DNA of 64,000 nucleotides from an uncultured Gemmatimonadales bacterium (GCA_963830455.1 CAWHMT010000001.1:179982-243981), one strand, 5' to 3'. Counted from the first letter of the stretch, positions 36,029 to 45,670 are shown. Notes: generated by a model not told the origin, from the letters alone. A program made the numbers and translations.

Positions 36029-37255
36029 CAATCCAACGGGCCCCTTGTCGTCCTCGCCTATTCGGGCGGGCTCGATACGTCCGCCATCGTCCCGTGGCTG
36101 CGCGAACAGTACGGCGCGCGCGTCGTCTGCTTCGCCGCCGACGTGGGGCAGGGACTCGGCGAGCTCGACGGCTTGATCGCCAAGGCCAAACGGTCCGGCG
36201 CCGAAGACTGCATCATCGAAGATCTGCGCGAAGAGTTCGTGCGCGATTTCGTGTTCCCGACCTTGCGCGCCGGCGCGGTCTACGCCCGCACGTATCTGCT
36301 CGGCACGTCGATGGCCCGACCGGTCACCGCGGCGCACCAAGTCGCGGCGGCGCAACGGCTCGGCGCCGAAGCGCTGGCCCACGGCTGCACGGGGAAGGGC
36401 AACGATCAGGTCCGCTTCGAGCTGACCTACGCCGCGTTGGCGCCGGAGCTGCAAGTCATCGCGCCGTGGCGCGAATGGAAATTCCAGGGCCGCGAAGATC
36501 TCATCGCCTACGTGCACGCCAAAGGCGTACCGGTGCAGGCGACCGCCGACAAGCCGTACTCCACGGATCGAAACCTGTGGCACTGCTCGCACGAGGGCGG
36601 CATCCTCGAGGACCCGTCGCAGGAAGCGCCCGAGCACATCTTCGTGATGACGAAGAATCCCCTCGAGGCGCCCGACGAGCCCGTCGTCGTGACCATCGGG
36701 TTCGAAGAAGGCAATCCCGTCAGCGTCGATGCGGTTCCCCTCGGTCCCGTCGAGCTCCTCGAACAACTCAACGACGTCGCCGGCGAGCATGGCGTGGGCC
36801 GCGCCGACGTCGTCGAGGACCGGCTCGTGGGCATGAAGTCGCGTGGCGTGTACGAGACGCCGGGTGGGACCGTGCTCTATGCCGCGCATCGCGAGCTCGA
36901 GCAGCTGGTGCTGGACCGCCGCACGTTGCGCATGAAGGACGAGCTGGCGCTGCGCTACGCCGATCTGGTGTACGACGGCCGCTGGTGGACGCCGGAGCGC
37001 GAGGCGCTCGACGCCCTCGTCACCGCGACGCAGAAACACGTGACGGGCACCATCCGGTTGAAGCTCTTCAAGGGGAACGTCATCGTCGCGGGCCGCGAGA
37101 GCCCGTACGCCCTCTACCAGCCGTCGTACGCGACCTTCGGCAAAGACAACGTCTACAACCAGAAGGACGCCGAAGGGTTCATCCGGTTGTACGGACTCGC
37201 GAGCAGAATCGCCGCCGGGCTGCAGGCCGAGCGGACGGATGTCCCGGCGAGCTGA
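36020..37255 (+). CDS. argG: argininosuccinate synthase
   Basis: 411 aa, [27 protein letters not shown].., [23 protein letters not shown]. Confidence 0.95.
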   Translation: MHKQSNGPLVVLAYSGGLDTSAIVPWLREQYGARVVCFAADVGQGLGELDGLIAKAKRSGAEDCIIEDLREEFVRDFVFPTLRAGAVYARTYLLGTSMARPVTAAHQVAAAQRLGAEALAHGCTGKGNDQVRFELTYAALAPELQVIAPWREWKFQGREDLIAYVHAKGVPVQATADKPYSTDRNLWHCSHEGGILEDPSQEAPEHIFVMTKNPLEAPDEPVVVTIGFEEGNPVSVDAVPLGPVELLEQLNDVAGEHGVGRADVVEDRLVGMKSRGVYETPGGTVLYAAHRELEQLVLDRRTLRMKDELALRYADLVYDGRWWTPEREALDALVTATQKHVTGTIRLKLFKGNVIVAGRESPYALYQPSYATFGKDNVYNQKDAEGFIRLYGLASRIAAGLQAERTDVPAS

Positions 37256-37277
37256 CACCCCACCCCCCGCGCATCAG

Positions 37278-38651
37278 ATGTGGGGTGGACGCTTCGCTCT
37301 GGGACCGAGCGAAGCGCTCGATGCGCTGAACCGCAGTCTCCCTGTCGACCATCGACTCTGGCCGCAGGACGTGTTCGCCAGCAAGGCCTGGGTGCACGCG
37401 CTCTGCAAGGCCGGCGTTATCGCCGCCACTGAAGAAACGCAGCTGCTCGACGGCCTCGACCGCGTCGCGGACAAGCTCGCCGACGGCGCGGCAGTGGGCG
37501 CGCCTGACGAGGACGTGCACACGCTGGTCGAGCGGCTGCTGTACGCTGAGATCGGACCCGTGGCGGGGAAGCTGCACACCGGCCGCTCGCGCAACGATCA
37601 GGTCGCCACCGACCTGCGGCTCTGGACACTGGGAGCGATCGACGAGCTGGACGCCGCCGTCGCCGCGCTCGGCCGCACCCTCGTCACGAAAGCAAAAGAC
37701 GGCCTCGACGCGATTCTTCCCGGCTACACCCACGGCCAGCGCGCCCAGCCGGTACGCTGGGCCTACGTGCTGCTGGCGCACGCATGGCCGCTCGTCCGCG
37801 ATCGCCAGCGACTCGCCGACGCGCGCCGCCGCACCGCCGAGCTCCCGCTCGGATCGGGCGCGCTCGCCGGGAGCGGCTTCCCCGTCGATCGTGTGCTGCT
37901 CAAGGAAGCGCTCGGCTTCCGCGCCGTGTCGGCCAACGCGCTCGACGCCACCGGCGATCGCGACTTCGTCGCCGACGTGCTGTTCGCGATCGCGCTGATC
38001 GGCACACACCTCTCCCGGCTCGGCGCCGAGCTGATCACCTACGCCAGCGGCGAGTACGCCTTTATCACGCTGTCAGACGCCTTCAGTACCGGTTCCAGCC
38101 TCATGCCGCAAAAACGGAACCCCGACGTGTTCGAGCTGGCGCGCGGCAAGTCGGGACGCATGCTCGGCGATTTGGTGGCGCTGCTGACGACGCTGAAGGG
38201 GATTCCCGCGGGCTATCAGAAAGATTTGCAGGAAGACAAAGCCCTGCTGTTCGACGCGTGCGATACGCTCGGGACGGTGCTGCCCGCGGTGACCGGGGCC
38301 ATCGATACGCTGACCGTGAATGCCGGTCGCATGGCAGCCGCACTCGACCCCGCCATGCGCGCCACCGATCTCGCCGATTTACTGGTCGAAGCCGGCGTGC
38401 CCTTCCGGGAAAGCCACGGCCTGATCGGCAAACTGGTGCGCGCGGCGGAGCAGGCCGGCGTCAGTCTCGATAAGGTGCCCGCCAACGTCGCGACCGTGAT
38501 TCACCCGGCGCTCGGACCGGCGCTGGCGCAGCTCGGCTCCTGGGAGCAAAGCGTCGAAAGCCGTGCCACGCCTGGAGGTGCCTCGCGCGCCTCAGTCGCG
38601 TTACAAATCGAAGAGTTAGGACGCGCGTTTCAGCCCGCAGCGAGCCCGTAA
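37278..38651 (+). CDS. argH: argininosuccinate lyase
   Basis: MWGGRFALGPSEALDALNRSLPVD.., GSSLMPQKRNPD (fumarate-lyase signature). An alternative GTG start at 37239 would overlap argG by 17 nt. Confidence 0.9.
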   Translation: MWGGRFALGPSEALDALNRSLPVDHRLWPQDVFASKAWVHALCKAGVIAATEETQLLDGLDRVADKLADGAAVGAPDEDVHTLVERLLYAEIGPVAGKLHTGRSRNDQVATDLRLWTLGAIDELDAAVAALGRTLVTKAKDGLDAILPGYTHGQRAQPVRWAYVLLAHAWPLVRDRQRLADARRRTAELPLGSGALAGSGFPVDRVLLKEALGFRAVSANALDATGDRDFVADVLFAIALIGTHLSRLGAELITYASGEYAFITLSDAFSTGSSLMPQKRNPDVFELARGKSGRMLGDLVALLTTLKGIPAGYQKDLQEDKALLFDACDTLGTVLPAVTGAIDTLTVNAGRMAAALDPAMRATDLADLLVEAGVPFRESHGLIGKLVRAAEQAGVSLDKVPANVATVIHPALGPALAQLGSWEQSVESRATPGGASRASVALQIEELGRAFQPAASP

Positions 38652-38695
38652 ATCCCTCACTTGCTGCAAGTTGCTGGTCGGTATTAGCATATCGC

Positions 38696-39244
38696 ATGCG
38701 CTGCCTAGCCCTGAACGCCTCGTTTGAGCCGCTGACCATGGTGCCCGTGCGCCGGGCGCTGCGGCTGGTCATCGACGGCAAGGCCGAGGTCGTCGAGGCG
38801 GAGGGGACGCCGGTCCATAGTGAGCGCATGGCGGTGCCACGTCCCGCCGTGATTCGCCTCGTTCGCTTCGTGCACGTTCCTCGCCGCTTCCGCCGCCAAG
38901 TCACCAACACGTTCCTCTTTGCGCGCGACAACTACCGCTGCCAGTTCTGCGGTCGCACGCAGGCGGACCTGCGGCAGCGCGAGTGCCTCACGCGCGATCA
39001 CCTCGTGCCCTTGTCACGCGGTGGTACGAACGCCTGGACGAACGTCCTGACCGCCTGCTCGAGCTGCAACACGCGCAAGGGCAACCTCCTGCCCGAAGAG
39101 GTGGGCATGCATCCGCTGCGCGCCCCGCACGAGCCGCATTTCGTGCACCTGTCGTGGGCGGTGCGCCGCCTGACGCGCACGCAGGCGAAGTACATTCGGC
39201 TCTTCTACGGAGCCGACGTGCTGGCCACCCTCGAAGCGCTGTGA
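38696..39244 (+). CDS. HNH endonuclease
   Basis: 182 aa, CQFCGR..LTRDHLVPLSRGGTNAWTNVLTACSSCNTRKG (HNH with zinc-finger Cys pairs). Confidence 0.85.
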   Translation: MRCLALNASFEPLTMVPVRRALRLVIDGKAEVVEAEGTPVHSERMAVPRPAVIRLVRFVHVPRRFRRQVTNTFLFARDNYRCQFCGRTQADLRQRECLTRDHLVPLSRGGTNAWTNVLTACSSCNTRKGNLLPEEVGMHPLRAPHEPHFVHLSWAVRRLTRTQAKYIRLFYGADVLATLEAL

Positions 39245-39648
39245 TGGCCCGAGCTCCCTGGATGATCGCCGGTGCGGCGGCGGTCGTGCTCGCCGCCGTC
39301 GTGCTGCTCCAGCGCCCCCGCGAGAGCCACGCTTCCCACCATCCGACGTCGCGGCCCGGTATCACGGCGGCCAAAGTCGTTCCCGCGAGCCTGGTGCCCC
39401 GCACGCCGGGCGCCGCGGAGGCGTACGCGGCGGCGCGCAACGCCGCCGCCACGCTCGACGGCGTGTACTGCTACTGCGATTGCTCCAAGACTGTCGGCCA
39501 CCGGTCGCTGCTCACCTGCTTTGAGGGAGAGCACGGCGCGTACTGCGACATCTGCATGCGGGAAGCGATGGTGGCGAACGGAATGGCGCAGCAGGGCACA
39601 TCGCTGGAAGAGATTCGGACCGCTATCGACCTTCAATTCGGATCGTAG
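39244..39648 (+). CDS. membrane-anchored Cys-rich protein (CYCxC and CxxC motifs)
   Basis: ATG at 39244 overlaps the HNH stop (TGATG). N-terminal TM MIAGAAAVVLAAVVLL, then GVYCYCDCSKTVGHRSLLTCFEGEHGAYCDICMREA. 134 aa. Confidence 0.65.
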   Translation: MARAPWMIAGAAAVVLAAVVLLQRPRESHASHHPTSRPGITAAKVVPASLVPRTPGAAEAYAAARNAAATLDGVYCYCDCSKTVGHRSLLTCFEGEHGAYCDICMREAMVANGMAQQGTSLEEIRTAIDLQFGS

Positions 39649-40237
39649 GACTGCGGGCCTCGAGCTGCTGACGCGGCAGGCCCGCGAGCCGGACCAGCAC
39701 CCGCTGGGCACCTCGCGCTAACGCATCTCCGAAGTTTTCCCCGCCCGATACCGTCGGCCCCACGTCGCCCGACAACCAGCGTGACAATTCCTGGAGATCG
39801 GTGTCGTTGAGCGTCGTCACTTCGAGACGCGCCAGGAAGTAGTACCGGCCGCCTCCGCTCGCGTGCAGCGTCACGACGTACGGAATGTCGAGCGCGGCCG
39901 CCAATTCCTCGGGAGTCGCGTACCGGCTGACTGCGCCGCCCTGACGAATCAGGACGAAGTCGTCGGCCAGTGGATCGTTGCGCGCGACCGCGTCCCACGA
40001 AACCTCTCGCACGAACTGATCGAACCAACTGGCGCGGACTTTCCACAGCTCCAGCCGGTAGTGCAGCCGCAGCGGGAAACCGGAGCGCATGAGTCCGACG
40101 AACTTGCCGTCGGCCAGCAGGCCCGTACTGCGCACGCGCGGCACGTTGTTCTGCAGCGTGACCGTGAGCGTGGGCGACTGCGCGGCAGCCGTGCTGGCGA
40201 GCAGCAGGCCGGCCACCGCACCCCAGAGGAGGCGCAC
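39623..40237 (-). CDS. secreted DUF4390-like protein
   Basis: 204 aa, signal peptide MRLLWGAVAGLLLASTAAAQ, then GFPLRLHYRLELWKVRASWFDQFVREVSWDAVARNDPLADDFVL. This resembles the DUF4390 pattern as I recall it, and the assignment needs an HMM check. Confidence 0.55.
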   Translation of the reverse strand: MRLLWGAVAGLLLASTAAAQSPTLTVTLQNNVPRVRSTGLLADGKFVGLMRSGFPLRLHYRLELWKVRASWFDQFVREVSWDAVARNDPLADDFVLIRQGGAVSRYATPEELAAALDIPYVVTLHASGGGRYYFLARLEVTTLNDTDLQELSRWLSGDVGPTVSGGENFGDALARGAQRVLVRLAGLPRQQLEARSPTIRIEGR

Positions 40238-40238
40238 G

Positions 40239-41960
40239 CTAGAACCGGTGTTCGAGCCTGGCCGTGAGTCGCAGTCGTTCGCCGGTGGTCACCGCCTTGG
40301 CGATGTAGACCCCAAAGCCGCTCCAATCCACGCCCAGACCCACGTCCACGAGCCAGCTCGAGAGCGAGGGCAGCCGGCCCGCGGCCACTTGTCCGGGGCC
40401 ATCGCCCACCAGCCACGACTGCCCGGTGTTCGTGAACACGACCAGGTCGAGGCCTTCCAGCCAGAACGGCGTGCCTTCGTCCCGCGGTGGCTCGTCCCGG
40501 CCACTGGTCGGGTTGTAGCTCCAGTTGAGCTTCACGTGGCCGCGATACTCGGCCTGGAAGGCGATCACGCGGTCGCACGCGGCGAGCTTCGAGTCCGCGA
40601 ACGCCGGGTCGGTGATGTTCTCATTGCACGCGGCCGCGCGGAACGGCTCGCCGGGCATCGGCTCGGGCCCACCGAGCGAGAGGCGCCGCTGCAGCGGCAA
40701 CGGATCGCCTCCCATCCAGCCGCCGCCCACCAGCCGCAGGTGAATCCGACCCGAGGGGCTGATGCGTGCGTAGTGACGCACGTCCACGAACATCCGGTTG
40801 TACTGGTAGGAGCCATCCGTGGGAATCGAGTCGCGAACCGTGAGCGGGACCCCGGGGTGGGGGATCACATCCGAGCTGCGTGAATTCTCGAACGTGAATC
40901 GCGCCAGCCATCCCGCGGACGGATCGTCGACGTCGTTGCGCGTGTCGATCGCCGCAGCGGCCGTGATCGTGGTGAAATGCCCCTCGTCGATGGGCGGATT
41001 GGGCCGCCACAAGTCCGAGTTGCGAAGAATGGTCCAGGGATCCTGGACGACCACGCCGGTGTGCCATTCGTGCCGCGCTTCGAGCGACAGCGTGAGCGGT
41101 CGCTCGGGCTGCGCGAACACGCGGGCCCCCCAACCCTTGTTGAGGTAATAGTCGCGGTAGTCGCGCGCGAACAGGAACGAGCTCCACCCGACCTCGTTGC
41201 TGTGGAGTCCCCAGTCCTCGATCGGTGACACGACATCGAACGCGCGGAGCGCGACGCCCACCGCACGCGCTTCGCCCGACCGAAACTCGCCGCGAAACAT
41301 GTAGCCGAGATCGCTGCGATTGTCCGACAAGTCGCCCGCCGAACGGAACACGCCGAGCGCGTCGATACGCAGGCGCACGTTCTGCTGCAGCTTCCAGTCG
41401 AACAGCGGGCCGAACACGATCGGCAGTCCCTCGACGCGGTTGAAGGTGCCGCCCGTCGTAATCGTCAGCGAGGAACGCGAGGCTTCGGTGCCCCATGACA
41501 GCTTCGCGCCGAGTACCGGGAGCCGGCGCCGCAGATTGGGCGCGTACTCGATGCGGTCGCCCTCGTTGTGCAGGCGGTACAGCAGCGGCTCGCGGTATTG
41601 GCGCAGCTCGCCGCGGATGGTACCGTGCGCCGAATCGACGATCCCGCCCACGACGATCACATCGCCGGTGACTTCGCCGCCCGCTTCGAACCGCAGGTCC
41701 CCGTTGATCACGACCAGCGTGCCCTGGACCCGTCCGCCCACAAACACGGGGCCGCTGCGCACGGCGACATTGCCGCGCCATTCGTTGCCGTGCGGCAGGT
41801 GCGTGCGCCCCACCAGACGGGTCGTCGCCGAGTCGTTGTAGAAGCGGATGACTTCCTCGGCAACGACTCGCGGCAGGGCGCGGGCCTCGAGGGCGGCGCT
41901 GTCGGGAGAGATGACGATGGCCGTGTCTTGCACGACCAGTGCCAGTAGCAACGCGATCAT
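40239..41960 (-). CDS. outer-membrane Omp85/surface-antigen-type beta-barrel with N-terminal bactofilin-like beta-helix repeats
   Basis: 573 aa. Short signal peptide, then GNVAVRSGPVFVGGRVQGTLVVINGDLRFEAGGEVTGDVIVVGGIVD (DUF583-like). The barrel part has LSLGGPEPMPG, VVFTNTGQSW, DVGLGVDW and the terminal ..RLTARLEHRF. Confidence 0.7.
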   Translation of the reverse strand: MIALLLALVVQDTAIVISPDSAALEARALPRVVAEEVIRFYNDSATTRLVGRTHLPHGNEWRGNVAVRSGPVFVGGRVQGTLVVINGDLRFEAGGEVTGDVIVVGGIVDSAHGTIRGELRQYREPLLYRLHNEGDRIEYAPNLRRRLPVLGAKLSWGTEASRSSLTITTGGTFNRVEGLPIVFGPLFDWKLQQNVRLRIDALGVFRSAGDLSDNRSDLGYMFRGEFRSGEARAVGVALRAFDVVSPIEDWGLHSNEVGWSSFLFARDYRDYYLNKGWGARVFAQPERPLTLSLEARHEWHTGVVVQDPWTILRNSDLWRPNPPIDEGHFTTITAAAAIDTRNDVDDPSAGWLARFTFENSRSSDVIPHPGVPLTVRDSIPTDGSYQYNRMFVDVRHYARISPSGRIHLRLVGGGWMGGDPLPLQRRLSLGGPEPMPGEPFRAAACNENITDPAFADSKLAACDRVIAFQAEYRGHVKLNWSYNPTSGRDEPPRDEGTPFWLEGLDLVVFTNTGQSWLVGDGPGQVAAGRLPSLSSWLVDVGLGVDWSGFGVYIAKAVTTGERLRLTARLEHRF

Positions 41961-43351
41961 AGATCAGCCTTCGTTGGAGGCTCGATGCCCAGGCGGCGCA
42001 TACGGCGATACAGATTGGCGCGGTCGGTGTCGAGCCGGCGCGCCGCTTCCGCGACGTTCCCGCGCGACACCGAGAGTGCTTTGGCGATCAGCTCCCGCTC
42101 GTACTGATCGAGCGTGTCGCTGAGCGCGATGTCGCGCCACGGCGTGTCGTCGCCGGTCGCGGGCGTAATGATGCGGGGCGGCGTGCCATCCGGCGGCAGC
42201 ACCCGGGCGACGTCGGCGGCCGTGATCAGCTCCGCGGTCGCGAGAATCGCCATCCGCTCCACGATGTTGGCGAGCTCGCGCACGTTGCCGGGCCACGTAT
42301 ACGACGCGAGCAGCGGCACGGCGCCGGCGTCGAATTTCACCGGCCGGCCCAGACGCGCCGCACAGCGGCTGGCGAAATGCTTGACGAGCGGCGCCACGTC
42401 TTCGGGGCGCTCGCGCAGCGGCGGAATGTGGATCGGCAACACGTTCAGGCGAAACAGCAGGTCTTCCCGGAACTGGGCCGCGCGTACCGCGTGCCGGAGG
42501 TCCTTGTTCGTGGCCGCGATGACGCGCACGTCGACCGTGAACGGCCGTTCACCGCCGACGCGCTCCACCACGCCGCTTTCGAGCACGCGCAGCAGCTTGG
42601 CCTGCGCCTCCGGTCCGAGATCGCCGACTTCATCCAGGAACAGCGTGCCGCCGTCCGCCAGCTCGAAGCGGCCCTGGCGCCGCTCGGTCGCGCCCGTGAA
42701 CGCCCCGCGCTCGTGGCCGAACATCTCGGATTCCACGAGGTCGCGCGGCAACGCCGCGCTGTTGACCGTGACGAACGCCTTGTCGCCGCGGGCGCTCTGG
42801 CGATGAATGGCGGAGGCCACGAGCTCTTTGCCGGTGCCCGATTCGCCGGTGATCAGCACGCGCGATTCGGTCGGCGCGACGCGCGCGATGAGCGCGCGCA
42901 GCTCCTCCATGGCGAGACTCGAGCCGACCAGCGGATCGGCGTGCCCGAGCTGCTCGTGCAGCCGCTTGTTCTCCGCGAGCGTGCGGCTCAGCCCGAGCGC
43001 GCTGCGCAACGTGACGAGGACGCCTTCGGGGGTGAGCGGCTTTTCGAGGAATTGGAACGCGCCGAGCTTCGTGGCGCGGACGGCGTCCGCCAGACTCGCC
43101 TTGCCGCTCATCATCACGACCGGCACGTGCGGCGCTCGCTTGCGAATCTGCTCGAGCGTCGCGAGCCCGTCCGGACCGGGCGGCATCATCAGGTCGAGCA
43201 GGACGACGTCGGGCGAGTCTTCGACGAGCCGGGCGAGTGCCAGGTGGCCGTCGGCCGCTTCGACGGTCTCGTAGCCCTCCGACTGCAGCAACGCTCCCAC
43301 CATCTTTCGGATGTTGGACTCGTCGTCGACGAGCAGGACGCGAGGGCTCAT
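41957..43351 (-). CDS. sigma-54-dependent response regulator (NtrC/NtrX family)
   Basis: 464 aa. REC domain (VLLVDDESNIRK..VLLDLMMP), AAA+ domain (GESGTGKELVA, GAFTGA), C-terminal HTH (GNVAEAARRLDTDRANLYRRM). Confidence 0.9.
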   Translation of the reverse strand: MSPRVLLVDDESNIRKMVGALLQSEGYETVEAADGHLALARLVEDSPDVVLLDLMMPPGPDGLATLEQIRKRAPHVPVVMMSGKASLADAVRATKLGAFQFLEKPLTPEGVLVTLRSALGLSRTLAENKRLHEQLGHADPLVGSSLAMEELRALIARVAPTESRVLITGESGTGKELVASAIHRQSARGDKAFVTVNSAALPRDLVESEMFGHERGAFTGATERRQGRFELADGGTLFLDEVGDLGPEAQAKLLRVLESGVVERVGGERPFTVDVRVIAATNKDLRHAVRAAQFREDLLFRLNVLPIHIPPLRERPEDVAPLVKHFASRCAARLGRPVKFDAGAVPLLASYTWPGNVRELANIVERMAILATAELITAADVARVLPPDGTPPRIITPATGDDTPWRDIALSDTLDQYERELIAKALSVSRGNVAEAARRLDTDRANLYRRMRRLGIEPPTKADL

Positions 43352-44568
43352 TTCGGGGACCGGGGAAGGGGGACGGGGGACGGGGGAAAGACAATCGAGA
43401 ACGTCGCGCCGCCGCCCGGTGTCTCGCTGACGCTGATCGTGCCGCGGTGCGCTTCGAGCGTGACGCGCACCAGCGCGAGGCCGAGCCCCGTGCCGTCGTC
43501 CTTCGTCGTGAAGTACGGCTCGAACACGCGCTGGCGGAACTCGGCGGGAATGCCGGGACCGTGATCGGCGATGGAGATGGCGAGGCCGCCGGCAGCGCCG
43601 GTGACGGTCACGTCGATGGCGCCGCGGCCCTGCATCGCTTCCGACGCGTTGCGGTAAATGTTGGCGAACGCCCGGCGCAGCGGCTCGTAATGGCCAAAGA
43701 CCGTGCGTCGTCCGTCGTGCGTCGTGAGTCGGACGTCCACCCCGGTTGGAACGCTGGTCCGCCCCAGCTCCTCGAGGAGCTCGACGATGTCGACTTCGCT
43801 CTGCGGCCCCTCAGGGAGCCGGCCAAATTCGGAGAATTCCTTCGCCAGTCGATCCAGCCGGTCCGTTTCCGACGCGAGCACCTGAATCGCCATGTCCGTC
43901 CGTGCGGCCGTCCGGCCGTCCGACCGTTCGAGGGTATCCACCGCAATCCGCATCGAGGTCAGCGGATTCTTGATCTCGTGCGCGACGCGCCGTGCCACTT
44001 CGCGGAAGGCGCGCAGGCGCTCGGCCTCGAGCTCGCGCTCGCGCGCCGTGGCCAGGGCCGCGGCCAGCTCGCGCAACGCCTGGCGCAGCGCTTCGAATTC
44101 CGGAGCGCCGCGGGTGGGCAGGCCTGCGGGCAGCGCTTCATGCCGCCGAATGAGCTGCGTCCATCCCACCATCTCGTCGATGGGTCGGGAGAGCTGGCGG
44201 GAGAGATGACCGGCCAGATTGACCGCGGCGTAGAGCGCCGCCGCGCCGAGCAGGAGAATGACAACCGCAAAGCCGCCCGTGTAGTAGCGCAGGAACGTCT
44301 CGGCGCGGCGTGCCAGGCTGACCGACGCGGAGACTTCATTGAGATGCTCGCGCAAGAGGGCGCGCTCGCGTACGGTGAGGTGCAGCGTGTCCACGCCTTC
44401 GAGCAATCCTCGCGCGGTGGCGGCGACCCGTTCGGTGGATGCACGCGCGCCCGCCGCGGGCAACAGCCGCCGGACCGACAGGACCCACCCCGCAACCCCG
44501 AGCACTGTCGGCACCGCGGTCATGACGACGAGGATCAGGAAGATTCGCCGCCTGAAGGGAAGCGCCAT
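43348..44568 (-). CDS. sensor histidine kinase (two TM, HAMP, HisKA, HATPase; NtrY-like)
   Basis: ATG at 44568 gives MALPFRRRIFLILVVMTAVPTVLGVAGW.., H-box VAHEIKNPLTSM, N/G boxes ..YRNASEAM.., DHGPGIP, TGLGLAL. The TTG at 44607 in the track is less likely. Confidence 0.85.
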   Translation of the reverse strand: MALPFRRRIFLILVVMTAVPTVLGVAGWVLSVRRLLPAAGARASTERVAATARGLLEGVDTLHLTVRERALLREHLNEVSASVSLARRAETFLRYYTGGFAVVILLLGAAALYAAVNLAGHLSRQLSRPIDEMVGWTQLIRRHEALPAGLPTRGAPEFEALRQALRELAAALATARERELEAERLRAFREVARRVAHEIKNPLTSMRIAVDTLERSDGRTAARTDMAIQVLASETDRLDRLAKEFSEFGRLPEGPQSEVDIVELLEELGRTSVPTGVDVRLTTHDGRRTVFGHYEPLRRAFANIYRNASEAMQGRGAIDVTVTGAAGGLAISIADHGPGIPAEFRQRVFEPYFTTKDDGTGLGLALVRVTLEAHRGTISVSETPGGGATFSIVFPPSPVPLPRSPK

Positions 44569-44624
44569 ATTTGAGGCCAATTTAGGGAACCGGTGCGGCT
44601 GTGACAATTCGACACGGGGGAAGC

Positions 44625-45044
44625 ATGAAGTCCCACACCCACTATCTCTGGTTCAACACGAAGCGCCGTCAGGAGATCATCGACATCACCGAGGAGGTTG
44701 TGAAGGAGGTGAAGGCGAGCGAGGTGCGTGAAGGTTTCGTGCTGGTCAGTGCCATGCACATCTCCGCGTCGGTGTTCGTGAACGATCACGAGTCCGGGCT
44801 GTGGGAAGACATTCTGAAGTGGCTCGAAGAACGGATCGCGCCGTGGGATCCGAAACGATACCAGCACAACGAAACGGGTGAGGACAACGCCGCCGCGCAC
44901 CTGCGCAGTCTCACGATCGGCCATGAGGTGATCGTGCCGATCACGGACGGAAAGCTGGACTTCGGACCGTGGCAGCGTGTGTTTTATGGGGAATGGGACG
45001 GCCAGAGAAAGAAGCGGGTCATCATCAAAGTACTGGGAGCATGA
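44625..45044 (+). CDS. YjbQ/UPF0047-family protein (secondary thiamine-phosphate synthase family)
   Basis: MKSHTHYLWFNTKRRQEIIDITEEV..FVLVSAMHISASVFVNDHE..AAAHLRSLTIGHEVIVPITDGKLDFGPWQ. Confidence 0.85.
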   Translation: MKSHTHYLWFNTKRRQEIIDITEEVVKEVKASEVREGFVLVSAMHISASVFVNDHESGLWEDILKWLEERIAPWDPKRYQHNETGEDNAAAHLRSLTIGHEVIVPITDGKLDFGPWQRVFYGEWDGQRKKRVIIKVLGA

Positions 45045-45060
45045 GAGGGGACCTGGCTCC

Positions 45061-45663
45061 GTGATTCACGTCGAACCGGTGGCGCTCGCAGAGCGCGGCA
45101 TTCGGCTCGAGCCGCTGCGCGAGGAGCATGCCGACGCCCTGGCCGCCGCGGCGGGCGACGGCCGGCTGTGGGAGCTGTGGTTCACCGCCGTGCCGGTGCC
45201 CGAGAAGATGCGGGACTACGTCGCGGATGCGCTCCGAGGCCAACGCGACGGGCACATGCTGCCCTGGATCGTCCGCGACGCGGCGAGCGGAGCCGTCATC
45301 GGATCGACGCGCTATCACGACATCGTTCCGGCGGTCGACCGCGTGGAAATCGGCTACACCTGGTACGCGCAAAGCCGCTGGCGCAGCAACGTGAATACGA
45401 CCTGCAAGCTGCTGCTCCTGACGCACGCCTTCGATACTGTCGGGTGTGCATGCGTCGGGCTGCGCACCGACAACTTCAATATCCGCTCGCAGCGGGCGAT
45501 CGAAGGCCTGGGCGCCAAAAAGGACGGCGTGATTCGCCACCACGCGGCCCGTCGCGACGGCACGGTCCGCGACACGGTGATCTACAGCATTCTCGCGGCG
45601 GAGTGGCCCGATGTCCGGCGTCATCTGGAGCTGCGGTTGCACCGGCACACGCCGGAGATCTGA
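45061..45663 (+). CDS. GNAT-family N-acetyltransferase (RimJ/RimL-like)
   Basis: GTG at 45061 gives (M)IHVEPVALAERGIRLEPLREEHADAL..IGYTWYAQSRWRSNVNTTCKLLLLTHAF. Confidence 0.75.
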   Translation: MIHVEPVALAERGIRLEPLREEHADALAAAAGDGRLWELWFTAVPVPEKMRDYVADALRGQRDGHMLPWIVRDAASGAVIGSTRYHDIVPAVDRVEIGYTWYAQSRWRSNVNTTCKLLLLTHAFDTVGCACVGLRTDNFNIRSQRAIEGLGAKKDGVIRHHAARRDGTVRDTVIYSILAAEWPDVRRHLELRLHRHTPEI

Positions 45664-45670
45664 ACGTCCG

